Part shown: piece after piece, positions 46,198 through 56,346 of the stretch
Numbering within the stretch: position 1 is the stretch's first letter
Layout: the number at the start of each line of letters is the position of its first letter
Virus record (IMG/VR): IMGVR_UViG_3300031539_000035
Coordinates: 1-56,561 of that record
DNA length: 56,561 nucleotides
From: a virus
Taxonomy: Duplodnaviria; Caudoviricetes
Reading direction: 5' to 3' (one strand)
The notes under the pieces: generated by a model
What the model saw: the letters and a program-made list of their open reading frames with translations, nothing else
What the model was told of the DNA's origin: nothing
Databases searched by the model: none
Program-made: the position numbers and the translations under genes

Positions 46198-46679
46198 AGA
46201 AAATACTCCTTACACAGGGGAAAGTGAGCCTAGTCGATGATGATGACTATGAGCGCCTCGCCCGATACCCATGGTGTTATAAGGGCTCTGGCTATGCCGT
46301 GCGCCGAGGGCCGGTCACAGATGGGAAACAGAGCCTTCTGTACATGCACAAGGAGATTCTGAACATTGGCCCCGAGAAAGAGGTAGACCATATCAATCAC
46401 GATCGTCTGGACAACCGCAGGGCTAATCTACGAGTCTGTGACCACAAACAGAACGCGCGAAACATGAAGCGGCGCGAGAGAAAGACTTCGCAATTCATTG
46501 GCGTGTATTGGGAGCGCGCCAGACGCAAGTGGCATGCCCAGGTCAAGTTGAATTATCGGGCACGGTTCATTGGGCGGTTCGACTCTGAGGAAGAGGCGGC
46601 AAGGGCATACGACCAAGCAGCGGTCATGCTACATGGTGAGTTCGCCTCCACGAACGAAAGAGAGGGCCTCTATGGGTAA
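46194..46679 (+). CDS. HNH-AP2 homing endonuclease
   Basis: LVDDDDYE, VDHINHDRLDNRRANLR, SQFIGV..FDSEEEAARAYD..GEFA. Confidence 0.92.
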   Translation: MKKILLTQGKVSLVDDDDYERLARYPWCYKGSGYAVRRGPVTDGKQSLLYMHKEILNIGPEKEVDHINHDRLDNRRANLRVCDHKQNARNMKRRERKTSQFIGVYWERARRKWHAQVKLNYRARFIGRFDSEEEAARAYDQAAVMLHGEFASTNEREGLYG

Positions 46680-47910
46680 CATGTTGGGATACCACATCGG
46701 AAACGAGGGGCCTATCACGGATATCGACTGGCAGATCATGGAGGCGGTTAAGCCCGGTTACGTGACGTTGTTGCCCAACTATGGGATGCATGGGCAGCCG
46801 ATAGGCCGGAGGGATATCAACTGTATCCTGACTATCAATCCAGGCTGCCATTTTGTGCTGCGGCCTTACCTGCCCGGTACTGCCGTGAGCACGAGCGTTG
46901 CCGAGTTTGGCAATGCGATTGATCGCCTGCTGGACGAATGGAGCGATTGGGTGCCGGCCGGGCAGAAGCACTTGCAGCTGTTCAACGAGCCCAACATGCC
47001 GATCAGCGCGGAACAGTGGGAGGGCTTTGGCGACCAGCTGGCGGACATGATGCGCTACAACGAGGTCTGGCTAGGCTTGGTGCGGCGACTGCGGGCGAAC
47101 CACCCCGACTGGCTCTACGGCTGGGGGCCGCTCACAATCGGGAACCGGGACGTCTGGTTCCCGGGCGACGCGGTGGGGCATTATTATCTGCACGGGCCGG
47201 CTGGGTGTCAGGCGAGCCTCACGGCGGCGCAGCTTGGCGAGGCGATGCGGACCGGACCCTGCTACGCCAGTCTGATGGAGGCGGACGAATTCTACGCGCA
47301 CGTGTACATCCATCGGATACCGGAGAACACGCACGATGGGCGCGTGAACTTTGGGGACGCGGCGATCGGGTTGAGGCACGAGCGGATGCAGTTGTTCCTC
47401 CCGAGGCCGATGCCGACGGTGATCACCGAGGCGGGCTATCCGAACACGGGGAACTGGCCGACGTGGGCAGGACCTGCGCTCCTGGATTGGCTGGACATTC
47501 TGCACACGCGAAACAACGTGGCGGGGGTATGCCTATGGATACTGGGTGAGCATTGGGGAGGCATGTGGTACTCGGGGGGAGCGCCACGTGCTGAGGTCGG
47601 ACAGTTGGCTCAGTGGCAGTGCGCGCATTCGGGGGTGCCCATGACAGACGCGGAACTCGAGCGGATACTGGGTGACGAGTTGCAGTTGTATATCGTTCCG
47701 CTGAACCCGGATGCGGCGTTGGAAAAGGCGGCGGCTCGCCGGGGGCTGCTGCCAGCGAGTGACGAAAAGCGGAAGGCCGTAGGAGGTACGGTGTGGGTGG
47801 CACAGGCGTTCCGCAAAGCGGCGGATGCCAAGACGACCCAGCACCTAGTCCGCACACGAGAAGGGGAGTGGGCTGAGGGGGATATGCGATGGTGGATACG
47901 GGAGAACTAG
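46672..47910 (+). CDS. glycoside hydrolase clan A-like protein in the lysis module
   Basis: LFNEPN (acid/base), HVY, VITEAG (nucleophile). Confidence 0.65.
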   Translation: MGNMLGYHIGNEGPITDIDWQIMEAVKPGYVTLLPNYGMHGQPIGRRDINCILTINPGCHFVLRPYLPGTAVSTSVAEFGNAIDRLLDEWSDWVPAGQKHLQLFNEPNMPISAEQWEGFGDQLADMMRYNEVWLGLVRRLRANHPDWLYGWGPLTIGNRDVWFPGDAVGHYYLHGPAGCQASLTAAQLGEAMRTGPCYASLMEADEFYAHVYIHRIPENTHDGRVNFGDAAIGLRHERMQLFLPRPMPTVITEAGYPNTGNWPTWAGPALLDWLDILHTRNNVAGVCLWILGEHWGGMWYSGGAPRAEVGQLAQWQCAHSGVPMTDAELERILGDELQLYIVPLNPDAALEKAAARRGLLPASDEKRKAVGGTVWVAQAFRKAADAKTTQHLVRTREGEWAEGDMRWWIREN

Positions 47911-47933
47911 CGGGGGGAGAAAAAGGCGTTGAG

Positions 47934-48287
47934 ATGCCAGTCGAAATGGAAGACGTGGAGCGGCTGTTAGAGGATACCAGGCGCCAGTTCACTAGGGTGG
48001 AGAGGGGGCTGGATCGGCAGGACGCCCAGCAGCGCGCCATGGACGTTGCGGTCGCCAAGCTCCAGCAGATCATGGCGGATCGGGGTGCCTCGTGTCCATG
48101 GCGCGTGGACATTGCGGACGTGGCCAAGTCGGCGAAGGTCCACGCTAGTGAGATACGGCAGTTGACTGGGGCGGTGAGCGACCTGAAAGTCAAGGTCGCG
48201 ACGATCGCTGCCGGGGGCGGGGTGGCCGGTGGGCTAGTGGCCGTGGTAGTGCGGCTGGTTGTGGATGCGATCGGTCGAGGAGGGTAG
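47934..48287 (+). CDS. coiled-coil + C-terminal TM lysis-module protein
   Basis: Heptad region followed by a hydrophobic tail. Confidence 0.55.
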   Translation: MPVEMEDVERLLEDTRRQFTRVERGLDRQDAQQRAMDVAVAKLQQIMADRGASCPWRVDIADVAKSAKVHASEIRQLTGAVSDLKVKVATIAAGGGVAGGLVAVVVRLVVDAIGRGG

Positions 48288-48288
48288 A

Positions 48289-48624
48289 ATGACGCTCCGA
48301 GAAGGGCTGCTATGGCTTATGGGGATTGGGGCTGGGGTTCTGGCGTTCTACGCTATCGATAGGCTGGAGAATCAGAATCGGTGGCCGATCATCGCCGCTT
48401 GGCTGGCGATGCTGCGCCCTGACGATAAGCGGGCGCTAGCGTTTGCGGTGACGGCCGGGGTTGCTGTTATCGCGTATCTGGGCACGCTCCTGATGCTGTA
48501 CGAGATCACGCCTACCAGTTGGCGGATGTGGGTTGAGGAGCTGTTCAAGGTTTGCGCGGCGGCCATCGTGGCTGGCCAGGTCGCACATGGGCGGGTGGTG
48601 CTTCGACGCCGAGTGCCCGATTGA
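48289..48624 (+). CDS. holin-like membrane protein
   Basis: 2-3 TM segments, basic C-terminus, end of the lysis cassette. Confidence 0.65.
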   Translation: MTLREGLLWLMGIGAGVLAFYAIDRLENQNRWPIIAAWLAMLRPDDKRALAFAVTAGVAVIAYLGTLLMLYEITPTSWRMWVEELFKVCAAAIVAGQVAHGRVVLRRRVPD

Positions 48625-48642
48625 TTGGTGATCTCGTAAAAT

Positions 48643-48672
48643 GGGCGCGCTCGTAGGGGTGCGCCTTTTTTT
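48643..48672 (+). terminator. intrinsic terminator ending the late operon
   Basis: GGGCGCGCTC-GTAG-GGGTGCGCCT plus a T-tract. Confidence 0.8.
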
Positions 48673-48743
48673 GTGTCCTGGGAACCGGCCATGCGTAGAA
48701 ACAATTATTAACCTAATATTAACCTTATGACATTGGAAAGCCC

Positions 48744-48772
48744 TTGACAACCTGATTTACTTGTGCTATAAT
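48744..48772 (+). promoter_or_regulatory. consensus sigma70 early promoter
   Basis: TTGACA-17-TATAAT, TGn extension, AT-rich upstream region. Confidence 0.9.
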
Positions 48773-48956
48773 GATTGCAGGATAAGGAAACGGAACCTTA
48801 ACAAACGAGCGCCGAGCGAGAGCGGGAGCCCAAAGGGCCGCCACACTAGACTCCGGGGCCGAGAGGCACCACCTCCAAAGTCACTACAGGGACCAGGGGG
48901 GCGGGAGAAAGGGCCGAATAGCCCAGAGGGGCCGCGAACGCAAGGCAATCCAAAGA

Positions 48957-49022
48957 GCCGAAACCCCAGGCGGGAAGCCGGTTGGGGTCTGGCTAGGACG
49001 GCAACCTAGCTACTGATGAGGC
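48957..49022 (+). ncRNA. type II hammerhead ribozyme 1
   Basis: GCC-GAAA-stemIII-GTC^-TGGCTAGG/CCTAGCTA-CTGATGA-GGC; predicted cut after 48989. Confidence 0.9.
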
Positions 49023-49043
49023 AAGCCAAGAGGGAGAGACGAA

Positions 49044-49337
49044 GTGGGCGCCAAGAAGCAGATCAGCGAGGCTGTTCGTGCCATTCGTGGTTTGGCACGG
49101 AAGTACGGCATGGCTGCCTTGAACGAGGCCACGATTTACAGACTGTGGGAAGAGCTTGCGGGATATCAGCCCGAGTCGGAGTTCGCACGGTTCTACTTCC
49201 AATGTACTGGCCGAGAGTCTAGGCAAGTGGCCCGCGAGGTTATGTGCACCTATCGGCGCGATGATTGGACCGTTACTGTTACGGCGCGGCTCATGGATGG
49301 TTCCGAGTATTGCTTCAAGGCCAATGAGAACGCATAG
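49044..49337 (+). CDS. small early protein
   Basis: GGAGAG SD right after hammerhead 1; stop abuts hammerhead 2. Confidence 0.7.
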   Translation: MGAKKQISEAVRAIRGLARKYGMAALNEATIYRLWEELAGYQPESEFARFYFQCTGRESRQVAREVMCTYRRDDWTVTVTARLMDGSEYCFKANENA

Positions 49338-49400
49338 CCGAATCCCCGGAAGCCCTTTTCCGGGGACTGGCTAGGACGGCAACCTAGCCACTGACGAGGC
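49337..49400 (+). ncRNA. type II hammerhead ribozyme 2 (U15.1-A16.1 core variant)
   Basis: GCC-GAAT-CCCCGGAA/TTCCGGGG-AC^-TGGCTAGG/CCTAGCCA-CTGACGA-GGC; cut after 49367. Confidence 0.85.
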
Positions 49401-49420
49401 AAGCCAAGAGGGAGGCAGCA

Positions 49421-49726
49421 ATGAAGGCACCGAGGATCGACGAGACGAAGCTCCGGTACGCGCACCAGGAAGTGCGCGAGATGGCGGAGAGCCTCTACGG
49501 GAGCAGTCGCAATTGGAAGCGGGCCCTGACCACAGCGGAGCGAATCATCTGCGAGCCTGGCCATGTCTACGTCGGCACGGGGGAGCAGCTGGAGCGCATA
49601 GATGGAATGATCGCCACCTACATCGCCGAAGGCGATCAGTGGAACCTTCTGGACCCAATGATTGCCTACGGCTACAGCGCCGTCAGCAAGCGCGGATGGG
49701 AAGCCTGGGGCATCGCGCAGGGATAA
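49421..49726 (+). CDS. small early protein
   Basis: GGAGG SD; between hammerheads 2 and 3. Confidence 0.7.
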   Translation: MKAPRIDETKLRYAHQEVREMAESLYGSSRNWKRALTTAERIICEPGHVYVGTGEQLERIDGMIATYIAEGDQWNLLDPMIAYGYSAVSKRGWEAWGIAQG

Positions 49727-49728
49727 GA

Positions 49729-49792
49729 GCCGAATCCCCGGAGAGAAACCTCCGGGGACCGAGCGGGGTTGACCACCCGCCGCTGATGAGGC
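49729..49792 (+). ncRNA. type II hammerhead ribozyme 3 (U15.1-A16.1 variant)
   Basis: GCC-GAAT-CCCCGGAG/CTCCGGGG-AC^-stemI-CTGATGA-GGC; cut after 49759. Confidence 0.85.
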
Positions 49793-49814
49793 AGGTTACG
49801 AAAAGGAGAATCCA

Positions 49815-50387
49815 ATGAGTCATAATCACCTCCCTGAGATCAAGTTCGATACTAGCCTCTACACTAACCGATATGGCAAGCGGCCGCACGGTTACGGCCT
49901 CTGGGCATTCTCCTGGAAGAACACCAGTGGCGGCTATAATGTCACCGAGTGGACTGGTTGGTATTCTGACGCGAAGGCCAAGGCCCGCGAGGTCGCTCGC
50001 ATGAGCAAGCAGGCCTTCCCCTGGATTCGCACAGTCAACGTTCTGCCCTAGAGATCACGCCCAGCCAGTCGGGCAATAGACCGGCAGGAGGCTACGATGG
50101 CTACATACACGATCACGACAAGATACACTGTCACGGCGAGCAGAGCGTATAACCTAAACCCGCATTTGCGAGATGCCCTTGCCGCGATTGCCAACAATCG
50201 CATAAGTATGACTTTCTCTCGTGAGGGGCAGGGGCGAGGCCGTGAGCTTCTCTGGGAAGTCCAGAATGTCCGATATGAGGATACGGCGCTGGTTGAGGCG
50301 CGGGTGCCAACTCTCACGGCACTGGAGGCCGGGTTTCTGGCCGGGTTTTTCGAGGCCCGCGGGGTTCCAGTAAGGATCACGAAATGA
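49815..50387 (+). CDS. two small early proteins (49815-50051, 50097-50387)
   Basis: AAGGAG and AGGAGG SDs. Confidence 0.7.
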
Positions 50388-50448
50388 GCCGAAACCGCCA
50401 GGGAACTGGCGGTCCGAGCGGGGTTGACTACCCGCCGCCGAATGAGGC
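50388..50448 (+). ncRNA. hammerhead ribozyme 4, atypical core (CCGAATGA)
   Basis: GCC-GAAA-CCGCCAG/CTGGCGG-TC^-stemI-CCGAATGA-GGC. Confidence 0.65.
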
Positions 50449-50499
50449 AGGTCGAATACGCAAATGCGGGCAGAGTCGAGACACAGACGGAGGATCACA

Positions 50500-51456
50500 A
50501 TGGACACCAATGAGCGACCAGTTGCCGACCCCGAATACGCCGGGTACTGGCTCGGAGCCGGATACCGGTGGGATACCGAGGAGCGCGCGGCAATCGCTAT
50601 TCGAGACGTATACGCTGTTGACGTTGCAATGGCGCCGGTCCGGGCGCTCCCTGAGACATTGAGCCGCGATGAGTACGAGACTGCGGCAACAGAACTGGGA
50701 ATCGCCCAGCTGGCCGACACGGAGATCGTTCTGAGCCGACACAGTGTCCGCAACTGCCCCCGGCCCCCCGAGTCCCGACTGACCCGTTTTGTCCAAATGG
50801 CACTCGCGGAGCGCCGCCTCGACGGGATTGAGGCCGAGCGCGCTGCACAGCCGAAGCGGACAATCCACTACATCCACTGCGACTGCGGCCACGACGTCCC
50901 CGAGGGAGAGCGGATGAGCGCCTCACTCGGGAGCTCCTGTTTCGACTGCTACGACCGAATGAGCAACTAGCCCTCCGAGTCTCAGGAGCCGAGCGCCAGT
51001 TCGGCTCCTGGCCTGGGCGGACTAGAAGAATCAAGGAGGAAGATCATGGGCACCTATCGTTTCGATCTGCAGCACACTGGCCGGCCGTTCGGTCCGTGCG
51101 AGGTCATCCCGGATTGGGCCTGGAAGGGGCTCTCACGGTACACGACCCTGAGTGCCGCGAGAAAGGCAGAGGATCGTGTACGGGGAGACATGCACGAGGC
51201 AGCCGGACCGGCCGCCTGGACCGACCACTTCCGAGTCATTCCGCTGCGGGATACTAGGTTGACCCAGACATACGTGTGTCTGGGAACGATTCGGCATGAT
51301 CCGTCGCCAGACTGCGCGGTATCCATTGATGTGACGATAACCTGGCCTGCTGGGAAATCGGAGCCCTTTCCAGCGACGCCTGGCGGCTGGGCCAGTCCCT
51401 ACCAGTGCGCGGCGTGTGCGGCGATAGACGAGGTGGCGCGACACGAGATGGCCTAG
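50500..51456 (+). CDS. two early proteins (50500-50970 with C-terminal Zn ribbon; 51046-51456)
   Basis: GGAGG SDs; CDCGH..CFDC. Confidence 0.65.
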
Positions 51457-51512
51457 TCCCCTCACCACAGGCCGCCGAGACGGCTCGGCGGCCTCCATGA
51501 GCGGATTGTCTA

Positions 51513-51541
51513 TTGACAACATGATACCTTTGCGCTATAAT
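51513..51541 (+). promoter_or_regulatory. consensus sigma70 promoter
   Basis: TTGACA-17-TATAAT; TTGTC-tatt-GACAA inverted repeat overlaps the -35. Confidence 0.88.
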
Positions 51542-51573
51542 GACTGTGGGATTGGGAGATACAGGAGGCCACA

Positions 51574-52445
51574 ATGAGCGCTTACGCCAAGGTCGAGACT
51601 CGCAAGGATACGTTGGAGCGGACCGAGATGACTATCCGCACCCGCCATGGGGTGACCGACAGCCAGCTCACGCGCTGGCTGGTGAATGAGGGGATGCGGC
51701 GCTACGAGGCCGAGGACATCGTGGCCGAGGCCAGGGGAAACCTGGTCGGATGGCATGCGGGGAGGGCCCGATGATAGCCTGCCGCTGCACGCGCTGTCAG
51801 GACACGGGCTACGTGTTGAGCGGGTCGGGCGAGGGCGACGACCCGTGCGAGGAGGTTGCCTGCCCGGTGTGCGGCCCGAAAGCCACCGAGGAACCCGAGT
51901 GGAGGGAGGATGACGATGGATGCTGCTGAGATGCGTGCTCGATCCCTCGACCTGGAGACCGAGCGCCTCGCGCGGATCTCGCGGGCGATGAATAGGATGT
52001 GCTGCTACCAATGTGGCAGCATGGACGGGATGCAGGGTTACGACGAGGCCGCCACGCGCACGATGCCGGCGGAGCAGCAAACGGGGTACTACCGGCACAT
52101 CGGCGAGAGCGTGCCGGGGACGATCTACCGGCCGTGCACCGTGTGCCGGCGGACGGACGAGATCGGGATAAGCACCAGATACGAGGAGTGGACGCCATGA
52201 CACCGGATCTGGGCGGGGGATGGTCTGCCGAAGAGATACGCCGATTGCAGATAGAGAATAAGCGACTGCGCGCGGTGATCGAAACGGCGAACGCGAACTA
52301 CGCGCGGCTCCAGGTGATTCGTGACAATCAGCACGCTCTTATTATATGCACCTCACGACTCCTAGCATTGGGTGATCTGGACGTCGCTGAGTTGGCAGGG
52401 ATCAAAAGGGCGCTTGACAACGCATACAGGGGAGGGGAACAGTGA
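51574..52445 (+). CDS. small genes (51574-51774, 51771-51913 Zn ribbon, 51910-52200, 52197-52445)
   Basis: Chain of ATGA-coupled ORFs. Confidence 0.6.
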
Positions 52446-52618
52446 TCGCATCATACCCGAAGGTACTCACCGTCGGCACGCGAGGGACCGAGTGCCTGCT
52501 GGAGGGCGAGGTCCTGGTCCAGGAGAAGATCGACGGCTCTATGTTCCGGTGGGCCGTGGCCGCCGTCGAGGCGACCATGTGCGCGGCGTGCGCGCGCCGG
52601 ATGATCGGCGTGCGTTAG
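52442..52618 (+). pseudogene. N-terminal fragment of an ATP-dependent (Rnl2-like) RNA ligase
   Basis: 58-aa ORF SYPKV..LLEGEVLVQEKIDGSMF contains motif I KxDG, then diverges and stops. Confidence 0.6.
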
Positions 52619-52838
52619 GATGTACCGCTGCCCTGGCATGTGACGTGCCGAAGAACCAGTATGACTCCGAGGCTTGACGGCAGGGCGGCGGTAATGCGGG
52701 CCACCGGCAGACGTAGGTGGCGTGGAGGAGCGCGTCTCCCAAAACAACGCGTGCGGGCTACCGGCGTACATAGGTAGCGGGTGGGGCGCGACACGCCAAA
52801 ACAACGCGCAAAATACTGTCTATCAAAGAGAAAAGGAG

Positions 52839-55800
52839 ATGGAAGTGAGGGCCCCAAAGGATCTGTTAGAAGCAGTCGCCCGCCGCAAGTTTTTCGAGAG
52901 CACTACCATCTGTGGGGCGTACACGGTGGTCACTCTGATCCAGGGGGAGATCGTTGGCGTTGGATTTTCCAGGTGCTCTCCCAAGGATAAGTGGGACATC
53001 GCCTTGGGACATCGGATCGCCCGAGGCAGAGCGCTTTTGGACTTCGCCCAGAAGGTCCATGCGCGACGCCAGAAGTCCATTGGTTCGGCGGCGGAAGTGA
53101 GGGACGGATCACAGGAGAAGGAGATCTAGATGGCTGATCAGACTGTCTTTTCCAGGCTAACGTCCGTGTTGCGTGGCAGGTTTCTGGACCAGATGCCTCC
53201 GCTGCCTCGCGGGGAGCGATTGAGCGGTTGGCGCCATATCAGGACCACCGCCAGGGGCTCTGGCAGGCGCTGGCGCAGTGGTGAGAGGCATTACGGTCTA
53301 AACGGACCGCAGGCCGTGGCCCGCCGGCGCCGACAGATCGCCAAAGGGATGATTATCAAAGGGAGTAAACATGTTCGTAAATCTGACACCACATGAGATT
53401 CACCTGCCGATTGGCATTGTATCGCCGTCGGGCGTCGTAGCACGATGTGATGAGGTAAGTGAGCAGTGTGGTGAGGTCGAGGGGGTGCCGATCATCTCCC
53501 GTCGTTATGGGGAGGTTCGCGGTTTGCCGTCGAATAAAATGGGCGTCTGGCTGATTGTGAGCCATATGTGCCGCGTAGCCTGTCCAGAGCGGCGGGACCT
53601 GCTGAGCCCTGGCGATCTGACGCGGGATGAGAAGGGCCAGATCACTGGATGTACAAACCTAGTGGTCAACATGGACCGTGAGCGGATGAGATAGGATCTC
53701 GCTGTCCTGCGGCGGTTGGGATTATGGCGGTGCCGCGCGGTGGGAACGCGCACACGAGCAGGTGTGGCCTGCCAGCCAGGGGAGATAAACCATTACCGTG
53801 CAAATCGGGAACGGCTGACCAAACAAAACGCACCGGGTCCGAATCCCGGCCCGCCAACTGGTCGAGATTGGCAGAGTATGGGAGGGATTGACGTGATCAC
53901 GAAAGAGCAACTGGTGACAATGCTGGAGAGCCATGAGGAGGAGCTCAAGGCGAGCGTCCTCAAGGAGATTGAGCACAGCATCCTGCGGGACATTGAGTTG
54001 ACGTTGCGACAGGAGATCGGAGCGGTCGTGAAGAAGTTCATGACCGAAGAGATCGCTGGTGAGGTCCGTGCCGTTCTGGTCGAGAACAAGCCAGTGCTCC
54101 TCGCCGCCGTAGTCGAGGCGGCCAACGCGATCGGCGAGCTCACGTCCCAGGCCCTTGTGGAGCAGGTCAAAGAGAGCCTGAAGTCAGGCTCGTACCATCG
54201 GCAGGGCATCCTCAAGGCACTCCTCGGCTTGTGATAGTTTGGCGGCGCGGAGGACGACCAGGTGCTCGCCGCACCCGCCGCCACTGGCCTGAAGCGAATA
54301 CTGCTGTGGAAAGTAATTGGTGGCGTCCTGACGAACGGCGCCACAGCACAGGCCACACCCAAAGCGCACCCGAAGGGGTGCAACCGGGCCGGGACTAGTG
54401 ACGCTGGCGCCCGGCCCGGAGAGAACAGGGAGGGTAAACGTGTTGCACAAGATCACGAGCGAGTACGACGCGAACGAATCCTGGCTACATAACGCGATAG
54501 CGCGGGAAGGTCTGCGCTGGTTTCGGGCCGGCACGAAGTCGCCGCCGGCCCGCTTTGAGATGGGGCGAGCACAGGCCGCGCTGTGGCGTGCATGTAGCGA
54601 CCTGGACGCTTTTCTCAGAAAGGAGGAGGGACGATGAATGCTCCGTGGCTAATGGCTGTCGAGGAAGACTCGTACCGAGAGAGCGTGCGGCTACGGGAGG
54701 AGGTGGAGCGACTGGGAGTACGGGTGCGGCAGTTAGAGCACGCTCTGCGCGAGGCTGCGCGCAACGATGTTGTTTGGCGGGTTGGTGGGCCACCAAACAT
54801 CGCTGGCACCTACTATTGCCGGCGGTGTCTTGTTCCTGCCGGAAACCTGCACCGTTCGGGGTGTCTGTACGAGGTTTTGGGGGAGGAGGTTGGCGATGGC
54901 TGACGAGTATCGATGCGAGACCTGCGCGCATTGGCGGGCACCGGTTAGGGGCAGCCGGCGCATGTGCCGCGTATATTGTCGTATGACCAGCTCCGTCCCC
55001 GAGTGTGAACACTACACCCCTGCGGGTGCGCTGGCGCCCGGCCCGGATAGCAGGAGGAGGTTGACGATGAACAAGGGTGGCATCTATGTCCGGCGGTATA
55101 TGCGAGAGGTTATCGAGGACCATCGTGACCCCCTCACTGGCGAGGTGAGCCTAAGCACTCTGGCCGAGGACGCCTGCCAACACGTTGACGGCTACGAGAA
55201 TGACGACATCCCCGAGCGGTACTTTGAGTTGGCATTCGAGGTTGACGAGAGTGATCGTCGCCAGCGAAGCGGACAGATTGGCTCGGCGCTCGGGCATCTG
55301 ATGCTGGGCCCGGATGATTGCCTAAGAGGCTAGTGACACCCCTTCGGGTGCACCATGGGTGCGCTGGCGCCCGGCCCGGATAGCAGGAGGAGGGAGAATG
55401 AGTACACGGAATGTCTGGGCGGTGGTGTATGGTAACTACGGTCCTCCAGAAGTACATAGTTTGTGGGAAACTGAGGAACTAGCGCAGAAACGAGCTGACA
55501 TGTTGGGCAGTCCGTGGCGGCCAGAGCAGTGGGTCGTGGGGGGAGAGGATGAGGGGAAGCATGGACGCGAAAACTGTTGAGGCGCCGACGGTCGGCGAGG
55601 GCTGCGAGTGGCACGTTGGCCCGGATAAGCAGGAGGAGGGAACGTGGACGCAGAGGGGTTAGAGGAGATTCGCGGGCGGTGTGAGGCGGCGACGCCGGGC
55701 CCGTGGCTTGCGAACTGGTGCATTGCCCACACGGGCACAACGATCATCAAGGAAATCGCGTACTTCAACCTCATCGGGGGCGGGCGCAATCTCGCCGAGC

Positions 55801-56346
55801 AGCATCCAGACCTTCAGGCGGACTGGGCATTCCTGCGCAATGTCCGGGACGACGTGCCACGGCTACTGTCCGAGGTCGAGCGCTTGCAGGCCGAGGTGGA
55901 GCGGTTGACGGCGGCGTTGCACCAGGAGCGGTGCGGGTACGCGATTCTGGGGGACCTCGTAGATGCCGGCGTTGAGGCCGCAAAGGAGGCCGGCGATGAG
56001 TGACGAACATGCGTGCCGGATAGAACGGATACGGGACAGAGCCGGCCGCTTAGGCAATTCTGTCGCCTATAACTGGCCTATTCGCCACGTTGAGATCAGG
56101 GATTGCCTCGTTGAGCTGTACTACCTCCTCGCGGAGGTGGAGCGGCTGGAGCAGCGCAACCGCCTCGAAGCTACCGTGGTGGCTGCGGCGCTGGCAGAGC
56201 GGCGGGCCGAGTTGGACTACATGCGCATGAACGGGATTACATACCGAGTGTTCAGGAAGGCAGGGAGCCCAGAGATGGAGCGCGCCTATGACCTCGCCGT
56301 CGATGCGCTGCTCGCGTTCAACGGCGAGGAGGCCGGCGATGAGTGA
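52839..56346 (+). CDS. cluster of small hypothetical genes (52839-53129, 53130-53396, 53371-53694, 53893-54234, 54440-54637, 54634-54903, ~54896/55067-55333, 55398-55580, 55644-56003, 55996-56346)
   Basis: SD motifs, coupled starts; recurrent EVERL coiled coils and CETC..W motifs. Confidence 0.55.
54402..55640 (+). repeat. dispersed intergenic repeat ending in the SD sequence
   Basis: 37-bp exact repeat GGGTGCGCTGGCGCCCGGCCCGGATAGCAGGAGGAGG at 55024-55060 and 55357-55393; partial copies at ~54402 and ~55618. Confidence 0.85.

Noticed and set aside
48761-49009. 82-aa ORF
   Set aside because: Starts inside the promoter, has low complexity and overlaps hammerhead 1
48957-50448. CRISPR array or integron attC sites
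   Set aside because: Spacing is gene-sized, no cas or integrase is present, and hammerhead cores explain the conservation
55024-55393. Twister ribozyme (GCCCGGATA..GGAG resemblance)
   Set aside because: The 5' UAAC cleavage strand and pseudoknot partners could not be found
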